64,000 bases of DNA from Armatimonadota bacterium (GTDB lineage Bacteria > Armatimonadota > DTGP01 > JAKQQT01), in assembly GCA_036504855.1 (NCBI GenBank), contig DASXUL010000185.1, positions 21,634 through 85,633 of the forward strand. Direction: 5' to 3'. The position numbers and the translations under genes are program-made. Under the pieces are notes generated by a model, which searched no databases, was not told the origin of the DNA, and saw nothing but the letters and a program-made list of their open reading frames with translations. Positions 1-8,985 of this stretch are shown in pieces. Each line of letters starts with the position of its first letter. Position 1 is the stretch's first letter.

Positions 1-49
1 GATGCGGGAAACGTCGGTGGCGGCTTCTGGCATAGGGTTGGGCCGTCTG

Positions 50-1027
50 TCAGCTCTTCGCGATTCGGCCGATCAATGCCGCCTCAACGTCGGCCTTCGG
101 GATGGTGCAGGTGCAGATGACTTTGTCGGCGCCGCCGTAATAGAGGCGGAACTGGCCGTCGCGCTCGATGCACCCGGTGGGGAAGACCACGTTGCCCACC
201 CAGCCGTGGTGCTCAAACTCCTGCTCCGGCTGAATCAGCCAGTCGTCCAGGCGGGCGAGGACCTTGTGCGGGTTTTCCTTATCCAGCAGGGCGGCGGAGG
301 CGCGGTAGGTGTTGCCGGCGTCGATGCCGTGGTAGAAGAGCAGCCAGCCCGCATCGGTTTCAATGGGGGGTGGGCCGGCGCCGATGCGCTTCGTGTCCCA
401 ACCCTCAGAGCGCGGGGACATCACCACGGCGTGGGAATCCCAGGTCTGCAGGTCGTCACTGAAGGCGATCCAGACGTCCGGGGCGACCCGGTGGAGCATG
501 GCGTAACGTCCGCCGATCTTGCGCGGGAAGAGGACGGCGTTCTTGCTGTTGTACTCGGGGATCACAACTCCGAGCCGTTCCCAGGTCCGGAAGTCCTGCG
601 TGCGGGCCATGGCCACGCGCACGCGCCAGGGGGTGGCGTCCAGGTCGCACCGGGCGTGGGGCGGGCAGACAGGCTCCACGCTGGCGGCGGTGAAGGTGGC
701 GTACACCCAGCCGTTCAGGGCCACGGCGCGCGCATCCTCCACGCCGAGGCGTTCCAGGGGCTCATCGACGGCCCCTTCCAGGCAGGGATAGGGATCGCGC
801 TCGAAGTGGATGCCATCAGCGCTCACGGCGTGGCCGAGGCGGGAGATGTGGTCGTCGCCGTGGGCCCGGTAGAGCATGTGAACGGCGCCGTTGAACTCGA
901 CCACGGCGGGATTGAACACGAAGGCGTTCTCCCACCACCGTTCGGTGGGAGCCAATATGGGGTTCTGCGCCGACCGCTGCATCTTGAGGGTGTCGGACAA
1001 GGGGAAAGGATCCTTTCTGTTAGCCAT
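50..1027 (-). CDS. GH130-family glycoside phosphorylase/hydrolase (beta-mannoside phosphorylase-like)
   Basis: 325-aa ORF. Blocks 'NPILAPTERWWENAFVFNPAVVEFNGAVHMLYRAHG' and 'RLGHAVSADGIHFER' are typical of the GH130 propeller family. The opposite-strand ORF 2..1072 is a GC shadow. The start is uncertain because no clear SD precedes it. Confidence 0.8.
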   Translation of the reverse strand: MANRKDPFPLSDTLKMQRSAQNPILAPTERWWENAFVFNPAVVEFNGAVHMLYRAHGDDHISRLGHAVSADGIHFERDPYPCLEGAVDEPLERLGVEDARAVALNGWVYATFTAASVEPVCPPHARCDLDATPWRVRVAMARTQDFRTWERLGVVIPEYNSKNAVLFPRKIGGRYAMLHRVAPDVWIAFSDDLQTWDSHAVVMSPRSEGWDTKRIGAGPPPIETDAGWLLFYHGIDAGNTYRASAALLDKENPHKVLARLDDWLIQPEQEFEHHGWVGNVVFPTGCIERDGQFRLYYGGADKVICTCTIPKADVEAALIGRIAKS

Positions 1028-1135
1028 CAGCCGTCAGCGGTCAGTTGTCAGCCCGGAGGAGTCGAATTGTAGAGAAGCGCCGCTCGATGGACCGGGGCCA
1101 TCAGGGCTGATGGCTGACGGCTGACAGCTGACAGC
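1026..1135. repeat. Heptamer-array hairpin element (TCAGNNG units forming inverted arms around a ~35-nt centre)
   Basis: Left arm 'atcag ccgtcag cggtcag ttgtcag cccgg'. Right arm 'ccggggccatcagggctgatggctgacggctgacagctgacagc'. Lies between the RsbW-like stop and the GH130 start. Confidence 0.6.
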
Positions 1136-1139
1136 TTCT

Positions 1140-1559
1140 TTACGCGACGGCGCGGGCCTTGGTCATGCGAACGGTGGTGCCGTGGGAGGTATCTTGCCAG
1201 ACGACGTCGTCCATGAGGGCGTGCATCAGGAAGAGGCCGCGACCGCCTTCGGACATGTCGCCGGGCGGCGGAAGTTGGATGGAGCGGGGTTGGAAGCCGT
1301 TTCCGTGGTCGGTCACCTCCACCACGAGGTAATCGCCTTCGAGGCCCACGTGAACGCGCACGCTCTGTCGGGGAGCGGCTCCGCCGTAGATGATGGCGTT
1401 GGTGAGCGCTTCGGAGAAGGCCAACAACACGCTCTCGGCGGCGTCCTGGGGAAAGTGCAGCCGCTTCAACAGCCTCGTCATGCGGGCGCGCGCTTTGAAC
1501 ACCGGCTCTCCGGCGTTCGGGATGCGCATTCGCAACAGTGGCTTGGCCGCAACGTTCAC
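1140..1559 (-). CDS. Anti-sigma regulatory factor, serine kinase (RsbW/SpoIIAB-like, HATPase_c_2)
   Basis: 139 aa. 'LAFSEALTNAIIYG', 'VEVTDHGNGF' and 'GGRGLFLMHALMDDV' match the N, G1 and G2 boxes of RsbW-type kinases. Confidence 0.75.
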   Translation of the reverse strand: MNVAAKPLLRMRIPNAGEPVFKARARMTRLLKRLHFPQDAAESVLLAFSEALTNAIIYGGAAPRQSVRVHVGLEGDYLVVEVTDHGNGFQPRSIQLPPPGDMSEGGRGLFLMHALMDDVVWQDTSHGTTVRMTKARAVA

Positions 1560-1561
1560 CC

Positions 1562-2800
1562 TCAGGTCCTCCTCGCCGGGGAAACCGGCCCCATCACGTG
1601 TTCGGTTGAATAAGTATCCTGGGAAATCAGTTCCCGGCGTTTCCTTCCGTTCTCGGCGATGGTGCGATAGACCTGGGCGCGAGCGGTGTCGCCACTGCGT
1701 TCCGTGGCGGTTGTGACAGTGACTTCCCGCTGCAGAGACGCGCGTCCCCAGGCTTCCACAGTGAGAGTATTCCCACTAGAGCGGGTTCGGAAGTACAGCG
1801 GCGTGTGGGTGTTGTTCTGGAAACGGAGGTCTGAGGCTCCCCAGTAGACCGTGGCGTCGCGTCCCAGCGGAACGTAGTGGACGGTAAGCGAGTGGTGGCT
1901 GCGCTGTACGATGGGAAGGCCGGTGATGAGCGCCACGTTATAGAGCGTGCTGGAGACCTGACAGAGGCCGCCGGCCAGGTCCTTCACCATTTTGCCTTCC
2001 TTGTAGACGATGGCGTCGCGGAAGCCTTCCGACTTGCGGCGTTCGCCTACCCAGGCATTGAAGGAGAAAACGCCGCCGGGTTTGATGAGGGCGCCATTCA
2101 GGCGGCGCGCCACGAGGCGGAGGTTGTAGGTGCGGTCTACGTCGCGCGGGTTGAACCGGGTTGCGTAGCGGGCCACCACGGTTTTGATCTGCTGGAGGTC
2201 GGCCTCGGTGAAGTCCGGCTCGTCCGGCACGACAACCAGCGGGGCCTCCTTCACATCCGGGTTGGCGAGGATGGCGGCGTTCACGAGGTCCGCCGAGGCG
2301 GAGACGACCACCTGTCTGCCGGCCTTGCCGGGGCGCGTGGGGCTGGCGCCGGGCGTTCCCGTGAAGCGCGGGGCGCGCGCCGGGACGTCGAGGGCGGCGG
2401 CGGCGCGGCGGATGGAGCGTTTGGCCGCGGCGGCGGAAGTCTTCAGCGTCAGCGGAACGTTGGGGGTGGTCCATGCCTGGCTGAGCATGGCGTCCACATC
2501 CGGGGAGACCCCCAGATCACTCCATCGGCGGGGGTAAGCGTGGGAGCCGTAACGGAGGGTGATGGACCGGTTCGAGAGCGGTTTCAGGGCGAGGCGCACC
2601 GTGCGGGCGGCGGTGATCTGCGTGAGGCCGGCCACCGGGACGCCGGCCACCGCGGTTCCGGCGGCGTATGTGGCGGGCGCAGTAACGGGCGGGGCGCTCG
2701 CGGTGTGCGGGCGCGGCGAACAACCGGCCACGAAGGCCAACGCGCAGAAGGCCATCGCGAAGGTTGGAAGGTTGCGCCGACAGGCGCGACACGTCGTCAA
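1562..2800 (-). CDS. VanW family protein (probable lipoprotein)
   Basis: C-terminal block 'GGLCQVSSTLYNVALITGLPIVQRSHHSLTVHYVPLGRDATVYWG' is VanW-like. A lipobox-like 'FVAGCS' lies near the N-terminus, so the true start may be the internal Met at 2755. Confidence 0.8.
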   Translation of the reverse strand: MTTCRACRRNLPTFAMAFCALAFVAGCSPRPHTASAPPVTAPATYAAGTAVAGVPVAGLTQITAARTVRLALKPLSNRSITLRYGSHAYPRRWSDLGVSPDVDAMLSQAWTTPNVPLTLKTSAAAAKRSIRRAAAALDVPARAPRFTGTPGASPTRPGKAGRQVVVSASADLVNAAILANPDVKEAPLVVVPDEPDFTEADLQQIKTVVARYATRFNPRDVDRTYNLRLVARRLNGALIKPGGVFSFNAWVGERRKSEGFRDAIVYKEGKMVKDLAGGLCQVSSTLYNVALITGLPIVQRSHHSLTVHYVPLGRDATVYWGASDLRFQNNTHTPLYFRTRSSGNTLTVEAWGRASLQREVTVTTATERSGDTARAQVYRTIAENGRKRRELISQDTYSTEHVMGPVSPARRT

Positions 2801-3049
2801 ACCGCTGCTCCGGACGAAGGGGATACATCAATGCCGACCGCGCCGACCACGAAGAGGACCCCGCCGCCGCGCGCCATCGGTATGCTCTCATGATACCCAC
2901 ATGGAACGGCGCGGGACCAACCGCGCGGCGGCTGAAGGGCGGCGAGCCGGGCTATACCGAACTCGACAGACCATGGAGCCTGCGCGGCGGCATCGCGTCC
3001 TTTGCAGCCGGCTCCGGCCATGGGCCACCGATGCCGTATTCGCGCGGGC

Positions 3050-3709
3050 TCAGAACGGCAGGCGGCGGCTGGAGGCGGAGGCTACGGGGGGGCTGCCTAG
3101 CGCCGCGTCCACCGTGGAGGCCGGGATGGGAGCGGGGTCGGACGGGAAGAAGACGAAGCCCAAACTCTTCTGCACGAAGCACTCGCGGCAGACGGGCTTG
3201 TATACGTACGTGCCGTCCTCCGGCAGCACGGGCGGCAGACCCTCCACCAGCGGCTCGGCGCCCCGGTACACTTGCGTGTGAGTGGCGTTAGGGCGGCGGC
3301 AGACCTCGCACACCGCGCGGCGGTAGCGCACCTTCAGGGGCCCCAGTTCCAGCAGGCGCTGCACGGTGGGCATCAGCTTGCCCCGGTAGTCCATGTCCAG
3401 GCCGCTGGCGATCACGCGCACGCCGCGGTTCAGCAGGGTGCCGATGACCTCGGCTTCCTCCGGCGCGAACATGTGCACCTCGTCGATGCCGATAACCTCG
3501 TAATCGCCCTCCAGAAGCGGGGCCAGCGTTGAGAGCTTCTCGGCGGCCAGGCCGGCGCCGGTGCGCGAGAGGATGGTGGAGTCGCGCGTGTGGCGGACGC
3601 TCTGAAACAGCCCGAAGCGGATGTCAGTATACTGCAGGGGCGCGAAGTGGCTGATCAAGTCGAAGGACTTGCCGCTCTTCATCGGTCCAAGGATAAGGGT
3701 TAGGTCCAT
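3050..3709 (-). CDS. tdk: Thymidine kinase
   Basis: 'MDLTLILGPMKSGKS' P-loop, 'VIGIDEVHMF', and C-terminal Cys pairs 'CEVCRR' and 'CRECF'. The ORF-track start at 3787 was trimmed to the Met that gives the canonical N-terminus. Confidence 0.9.
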   Translation of the reverse strand: MDLTLILGPMKSGKSFDLISHFAPLQYTDIRFGLFQSVRHTRDSTILSRTGAGLAAEKLSTLAPLLEGDYEVIGIDEVHMFAPEEAEVIGTLLNRGVRVIASGLDMDYRGKLMPTVQRLLELGPLKVRYRRAVCEVCRRPNATHTQVYRGAEPLVEGLPPVLPEDGTYVYKPVCRECFVQKSLGFVFFPSDPAPIPASTVDAALGSPPVASASSRRLPF

Positions 3710-4014
3710 AAATGCGTGATGTTTCCAGAAAGAGATCGCCGGGGCCGAAGCGTTCCATGGCGGCCCTCCTGCCATCCTAAGATACATCGGAAGCCGGGCG
3801 CCATGGGCATGAGGCGCGGGCGGGGTGTTGAAACGTGTGAGGCGGGCGCCAGGGCTTTCCAGCGAGGCCGAACAGGCTCAGAATACCGAGGATGGCGGCC
3901 AGGCCTTCCAACCCGACGCCCGAGCGGGCGTCTCGTCAGCCCTTCGTCCCCTATCGTAGCCTCTCGATGTGATCCCGGAAACCGCGAGCGGACTTCCGAA
4001 GTCTTTCCAGCAGA

Positions 4015-6354
4015 ATGCAAAAGCCACTGACACCGTTGGAAACCCGTCGGGGCATGAGCGCCAGCACCGTTGAGGGGATGCTGGCAACGTGGTGGCTCAA
4101 CCTTGTAACGGGGGCCATCCCGCAGGGGTTCGCGCTCTATCTCGGGGCGACGCCGTTCATCATCGGCCTGCTGGGCTCCGTGCAGGCGGCCGCCGCGCTC
4201 GCCAGCCTGCCCGGCGCGTTCAGCGTAGAGCGCCGCAGCGAGCGGCGGCTCTTCACCACATGGACAGCGGGCGCCGCGCGCATCATGTGGCTGATCCCGG
4301 CCGCGGCGGCCCTCTTCCTGCCCCGCAGCGTGGCGCTGGCCACGCTGTTGATCGTGGTTGGGGTGAGCTGGGCGCTGGTTAACTTCAGCATCCCCGCCTG
4401 GACGTCGTGGATGAACGACATGATCCCGGAGCGGATGCGCGGGCGGTATTTCAGCCGGCGCAGCCTCATCATCGGGTTGTCGTCATTGGTGGTAGCGCCG
4501 CTGGCGGGCAGGTTCCTGGACGTTGGAAAGGCGTCCTTTGGGCCCAAATGGGCGTTCGCCATCCTGTTTGGCGCGGCGGGGATCCTGGGAATCGCCAACA
4601 CGATTGCGTTGTACATCCAGCCAGAGCCGCCCGTGGCCCGGGCCATCAAACCGCGTCGGCTGGACCTGGAGTACTTCCGCGCCCCGTTGCGTGATAAGCC
4701 GTTCGCGCGGTTCCTCTGGGCCTTCGCGGCCTGGGCCTTCTCTCAGAGCGTGGCCGGGCCATTCTTCGCAGTCTACATGCTGGAGAAGCTGAACTTCACC
4801 TTCTTCGAGGTGCAGATGGTGAACGCGCTGGCCGCCATGGTCACGCTGATGGTGATGCCCAGCGTGGGTTACCTGGTGGACAAGTACGGCAACGCGGCGC
4901 TGTACAAGATCGCGTACTACGTGGTGACGTTCATCCCTCTGTTCTGGGTGGCGACGCGCACCGACCGGCCATGGCTGACGGCGGTCTCCATCGTCATCGC
5001 GCAGGTGCTCAGCGGCTTGTGCGGCGCGGCGCTGGGCATCTCGCAGTTCAACCTGCTGTTGGGTTCGGCGCCTGCGGGGCAGACAGCCCGGTACAGCGCC
5101 GTTTGGAGCACCGTGGTGGGCGCCGCGGGGTTCATTGGGCCTCTGATTGGCGGCATCATCGCGGATGCCACGCAGAACGTGGAGTTCCACGCGGGCGGCT
5201 GGCTGATTGGGGCCTACAAGATCACCTTCATTGTGTCGACGTTGCTGCGGTGGGCGGTGATCCCGCTGTTGTCGGGGATCACGGAGCGAGAGAGCGCGGG
5301 CGTTCGCGAGGTGATCGGGCGCGTGGCGGCGTCGAAGCCCCTGCAGTCTGTGCGTCACCTGCGACGGCTGCGCGGCCACTCCGCGCCGGATGCGCGGGCT
5401 GAGAGCGTGCAGGCGCTTGGCCGGTTGCGCGAGCGGCTGGCCTTCGAGGAACTGGTGGAAGCGATGGGCGACCCGGTGTTGGCCGTCCGGCGCCAGGCCG
5501 CCATCGCTTTAGGTGAATTGCGCGACGAGCGCGCCGTTGAGCCGCTGCTGGCGGCGCTGGCGGACGACTCCGCCGGAACGCGGACGCAGGCGGCCGTGGC
5601 GCTGGGCAAGCTGGGGGACGAACGCGCCGTGGACGCTCTGATCGCCGTTCTGCAGGAGGAGGGTGGACACGACCCGGCGTTCGTGCAGGCCGCCGCCCAG
5701 GCGCTTGGTCACCTCCGCGCCCGCCGCGCCGCTCAGCCGCTGCTGGATATCGCGGAGGAAGCGGAAAACCCGGCGCGGGCCGCCGCCATCCAGTCGCTGG
5801 GCGACCTGGGCATAGCGTCGACGGCGGAACCCCTCACCGAGATGCTGCGCCACGACGCCAACCTGGAGCCGCGCGAGGTGAGCGCTCTGGGCGACGCGCT
5901 GGCGAAGTTGGGCGAGGACAGCGCCGTCATCCCGCTTCTGGAGCGGGTGCAAGACGCGGAATCGCCGCTGCTGCGCCGTGAGCTGACCCACCATGCCGCC
6001 ATGCTCATCGGCGGCGGCGAGGAGCTATACTCGTGGCTGGCGCTCGATGAGCTGGACCGCGAGGCGGCCATCGCCGGCACGCTGAACGGACACGCGCGGG
6101 ATCTGCGCAAGGAGGGACGCCTCTCGTCCGCACTGCGCGCCGAGGCTGCGGTTGCGGCGATGACCGCGGCGGCTCCCGAGCTTGCCGTGCGCCACCTCCT
6201 GTACAGCGTACGGAAATCGGGCGGCCATGTGGAGGGACCGGCGCTGGACGCCATCACCTGGCTGGCGCGCCGCCAGCGACCGCTGATGCCGGAGGAATTG
6301 CTGTTGGCGGCATACGCCTACCACTCTGCGATGTCCAAGCGCGGCGCCGCGTGA
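4015..6354 (+). CDS. MFS transporter fused to a C-terminal HEAT (PBS-lyase type) repeat domain
   Basis: About 430 aa of multi-helix hydrophobic MFS-like sequence. It is followed by repeated 'A(A/V)xALGxLxDERAVxxL(I/L)' HEAT-like units to residue 779. Confidence 0.75.
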   Translation: MQKPLTPLETRRGMSASTVEGMLATWWLNLVTGAIPQGFALYLGATPFIIGLLGSVQAAAALASLPGAFSVERRSERRLFTTWTAGAARIMWLIPAAAALFLPRSVALATLLIVVGVSWALVNFSIPAWTSWMNDMIPERMRGRYFSRRSLIIGLSSLVVAPLAGRFLDVGKASFGPKWAFAILFGAAGILGIANTIALYIQPEPPVARAIKPRRLDLEYFRAPLRDKPFARFLWAFAAWAFSQSVAGPFFAVYMLEKLNFTFFEVQMVNALAAMVTLMVMPSVGYLVDKYGNAALYKIAYYVVTFIPLFWVATRTDRPWLTAVSIVIAQVLSGLCGAALGISQFNLLLGSAPAGQTARYSAVWSTVVGAAGFIGPLIGGIIADATQNVEFHAGGWLIGAYKITFIVSTLLRWAVIPLLSGITERESAGVREVIGRVAASKPLQSVRHLRRLRGHSAPDARAESVQALGRLRERLAFEELVEAMGDPVLAVRRQAAIALGELRDERAVEPLLAALADDSAGTRTQAAVALGKLGDERAVDALIAVLQEEGGHDPAFVQAAAQALGHLRARRAAQPLLDIAEEAENPARAAAIQSLGDLGIASTAEPLTEMLRHDANLEPREVSALGDALAKLGEDSAVIPLLERVQDAESPLLRRELTHHAAMLIGGGEELYSWLALDELDREAAIAGTLNGHARDLRKEGRLSSALRAEAAVAAMTAAAPELAVRHLLYSVRKSGGHVEGPALDAITWLARRQRPLMPEELLLAAYAYHSAMSKRGAA

Positions 6355-6395
6355 ACCGGGGCGCCGCGCCCGGGCACTGACCGGGAGGGAATACG

Positions 6396-6866
6396 ATGAT
6401 CGAGGAATTGCGGCCGGTTTACCAGCAATTGGAGGAGACGTACGACGCGCTGCGGGCCGTTCTGGAGGAGATCCCCGACGATCGGCTGGATTGGCGGCCG
6501 GCGAAGGGCATGCTGTCCGCCTCCGAACTGACGCAGCACATCGCCCGCGCGAACCGCACATACGGCCGGGTCATCTTCGCCGAGCCGAAGGGAGACCGGC
6601 CGCCATGGGTGCAAGGGCTCGGCCGCTCGGAGCTCCTAGAGCGGGTGGAGGCCTCCCTGACGCTGGCCCGCGAGGACTTCGAGGCCATCACGCCGGAGCG
6701 GCTACACGCGCCGTGCGCTGACCATTGGGGCCCGTTCGTGATTCCGGTGCAGGGTCCGCTGGATACGTTGTGGTTCGCCATCAACATGGTCCGCCACACG
6801 GCCTACCACGTGGGCCAGCTCAACACCTACAGCCTGCTGCTGGAGGGCGGCGCCGAGCCGGGTTAG
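6396..6866 (+). CDS. DinB-family (DinB_2) four-helix bundle protein
   Basis: 156 aa. 'LDWRPAKGMLSASELTQHIA' and 'MVRHTAYHVGQL' are histidine-containing motifs typical of the DinB/YfiT fold. Confidence 0.8.
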   Translation: MIEELRPVYQQLEETYDALRAVLEEIPDDRLDWRPAKGMLSASELTQHIARANRTYGRVIFAEPKGDRPPWVQGLGRSELLERVEASLTLAREDFEAITPERLHAPCADHWGPFVIPVQGPLDTLWFAINMVRHTAYHVGQLNTYSLLLEGGAEPG

Positions 6867-6870
6867 TCTG

Positions 6871-7320
6871 TCAGGTGAGATGATCGAGGTCGGCCAAGTC
6901 CTTGTGACGCGCACTGGCCTGTTTGTTGGCTTTCAGGTCATCGAGGCTGATGAACGGAATCTCCAATCCATCAACTTCTGACACAGAACGCCGGGCGTAA
7001 CAGGCAGAGAACTCGACTCCGGAGATCGTGGTCAACACCTCCACACGGAACGGCGGGTTGCCCATACGGATGATCTTCCCTGGTTCAAGGAGTAGCGCTG
7101 ATGTCAGTTCCGGCACGTTGAACCCGAAATCGCGGATCGACTCGGCAGCGCGTTCGGCGTTGGTGGGGTTGAGCGCGATCCAGATGTCCATGTCGGCTGT
7201 GGCTCGCACATATCCGTGATGCGCAACCGCGTAGCCGCCGATGACGAGATACTCAACCTGTCGTGAGTTCAGCAACCTCAAGAACTCTCTGAAGTCGGGC
7301 GGTAGCAGGATTGTAGCCAT
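6871..7320 (-). CDS. Small nucleotidyltransferase-fold protein (DUF2204-like, TA-module type)
   Basis: 'FLRLLNSRQVEYLVIGGYAVAHHGYVRATADMDIWI' is a GG..HG...D.D minimal NTase signature. The start was set to the internal Met because the upstream extension is Arg/Leu-rich junk. The region is visibly less GC-rich than its flanks. Confidence 0.6.
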   Translation of the reverse strand: MATILLPPDFREFLRLLNSRQVEYLVIGGYAVAHHGYVRATADMDIWIALNPTNAERAAESIRDFGFNVPELTSALLLEPGKIIRMGNPPFRVEVLTTISGVEFSACYARRSVSEVDGLEIPFISLDDLKANKQASARHKDLADLDHLT

Positions 7321-7465
7321 AGAGGGTTCGCCGGATGATCTCAACAGCAAGCAAGCGCTCAGCAGGCGTCTTGGCGCGCCAGTAGTCCGCTTCATCGTCC
7401 GCGTGGCACAGATCGGTCACCGCAAACGCTGATCGATCAACACACTGGGCCTGCTCCGTGTTCAT
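7253..7465 (-). CDS. Small hypothetical protein, putative partner of the NTase-fold protein
   Basis: 70-aa ORF directly upstream of the NTase gene and overlapping it by ~68 nt out of frame. Contains 'DEADYWRAKTPAERL' and a C-terminal 'RLQRVLEV'. Confidence 0.45.
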   Translation of the reverse strand: MNTEQAQCVDRSAFAVTDLCHADDEADYWRAKTPAERLLAVEIIRRTLYGYNPATARLQRVLEVAELTTG

Positions 7466-7581
7466 ACCAGTAGTCTAGCCGTTCTGTGCTCAGATCGCCT
7501 TCCCAATTGGCCGAATCGCCCTCAAGCAGTGTGCGCTGCACACGGCGGGGGAGACGCCTGGAGCGGCGATGGTGATTCCCG

Positions 7582-8985
7582 CTACCGAGAGCGGGTTTCG
7601 ACCGAGGGGATGCGCAGGGATTCGCGGTATTTGGCGACGGTGCGGCGGGCGATGGCGTAGCCGGCGTCCGTGAGGAGTTGGGCCAGGCGGCTGTCGCTCA
7701 GGGGCTTGGCGGCGTTCTCGCGCGCCACGAGGTCCGCCAGGGCCTCCTTTACGGGGGCGGAGGCGTCGAAAAAGGCCGATGACGGGATCGTTTCGCCGCT
7801 GGGGATGCGGATGAGCTTATCCGCCAGGGCGCGGCAGATGGTGGACTCATGGACGCCGGTCTTCGCCGCGATGGTTTTCTGCATCAGGGGCTTCAGATGG
7901 GCGCGTCCGTTCAGCAGGAACTCGCGTTGGGCCTCGGCCACGGCGGTCATCACGTTGTGCAGCGTGCGGCGGCGCTGGGCGAGGGCGTCTATCAGCCAGC
8001 GGGCGTTGGAAACGGAGCGGCGCACGTGCTCGAAGCTGGGCTGCAGCCCGCCGCCCCGGCCACTCATGGTATCCCAGGCGCGCTGGTAGCCCGTGTCCAC
8101 GCCCACGCGGAAGCGAGCGCTCTCCACAATCTCCACAACGAAGCCGCCGTCCGCGACGCGGATGATCACGTCTGGAGCGACGTGCGGATCCTCGCGCGGG
8201 GCCAGACGGTCCCAGGCCTCGCGAAGCCCGCGGGCCGGGTACGGCGCCAGGTTCTTGCGCACCCAGCGCAGGGCCTCTTCGGCGTCGTCCGAATCTACTC
8301 CCAGGATCCTGGCGATGGCGGCTGTTTCCCCGCCGGCCATCTCGGTCCAGCATTCCTCGATCATACGGCCGGCGAGGGCGGCCGTGCCGCCTTCGCGGCG
8401 AGCGCATTGCAGTAGGAGGCACTCGCGCAGGTCGCGCGCGCCGATGCCGGCGGGATCCAGGCCCTGCACCTGCAGCAATACGGATTCCACTTGCGGCACG
8501 CTCCAGAGGAAGCGCTCGGCGATCTCGATCAGCGGCTCGCGGAGATAGCCCTCGCCGTCCAGCGCTTCGATGAGGTAGAGGCCCACCGCTTTGATATCCT
8601 CCGTGCAGGCGGCGAGCCACTGACCGCGCAGGTCCTCCTTGAGGCCGAGCCGGCCGGCCACCGTGGCGAACGGCTCCCAATCGTCATCGTCGTGCACGGT
8701 CTGACGGTAGGTTTCCCAGTCTTCGGCCATCGTGACGGGCACGTCGTCGGCCGGGGGGCGGAATCCGCAGGAGGGGCAGGGGTAGCGGGAGACGGGCGAG
8801 TCGCACATCGGGCAGAGGGCCACTTCCTCCAACGAGAGCGCCGGGTTGGCCTCAAACTCCGATCGGAGGCGCTGCTCCAGCTCCAGGCGCGGCATTTGGA
8901 GGATCTCGCCCGCGATGATCTGTTCCGGGATCATGCGGGGGATCTGCCCCATGCGTTGCTGCTGTTGCGGGTTGCCGTCCATCAT
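7582..8985 (-). CDS. rpoN: RNA polymerase sigma-54 factor
   Basis: Gln-rich region I ('NPQQQQRMGQ...LQMPRLELEQRLRSEFEANPAL'), core-binding region, and C-terminal RpoN box 'ARRTVAKYRESLRIPS'. The start was set to the ATG at 8985, which overlaps the kinase stop (ATGA). The ORF-track extension to 9228 overlaps the kinase. Confidence 0.9.
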   Translation of the reverse strand: MMDGNPQQQQRMGQIPRMIPEQIIAGEILQMPRLELEQRLRSEFEANPALSLEEVALCPMCDSPVSRYPCPSCGFRPPADDVPVTMAEDWETYRQTVHDDDDWEPFATVAGRLGLKEDLRGQWLAACTEDIKAVGLYLIEALDGEGYLREPLIEIAERFLWSVPQVESVLLQVQGLDPAGIGARDLRECLLLQCARREGGTAALAGRMIEECWTEMAGGETAAIARILGVDSDDAEEALRWVRKNLAPYPARGLREAWDRLAPREDPHVAPDVIIRVADGGFVVEIVESARFRVGVDTGYQRAWDTMSGRGGGLQPSFEHVRRSVSNARWLIDALAQRRRTLHNVMTAVAEAQREFLLNGRAHLKPLMQKTIAAKTGVHESTICRALADKLIRIPSGETIPSSAFFDASAPVKEALADLVARENAAKPLSDSRLAQLLTDAGYAIARRTVAKYRESLRIPSVETRSR

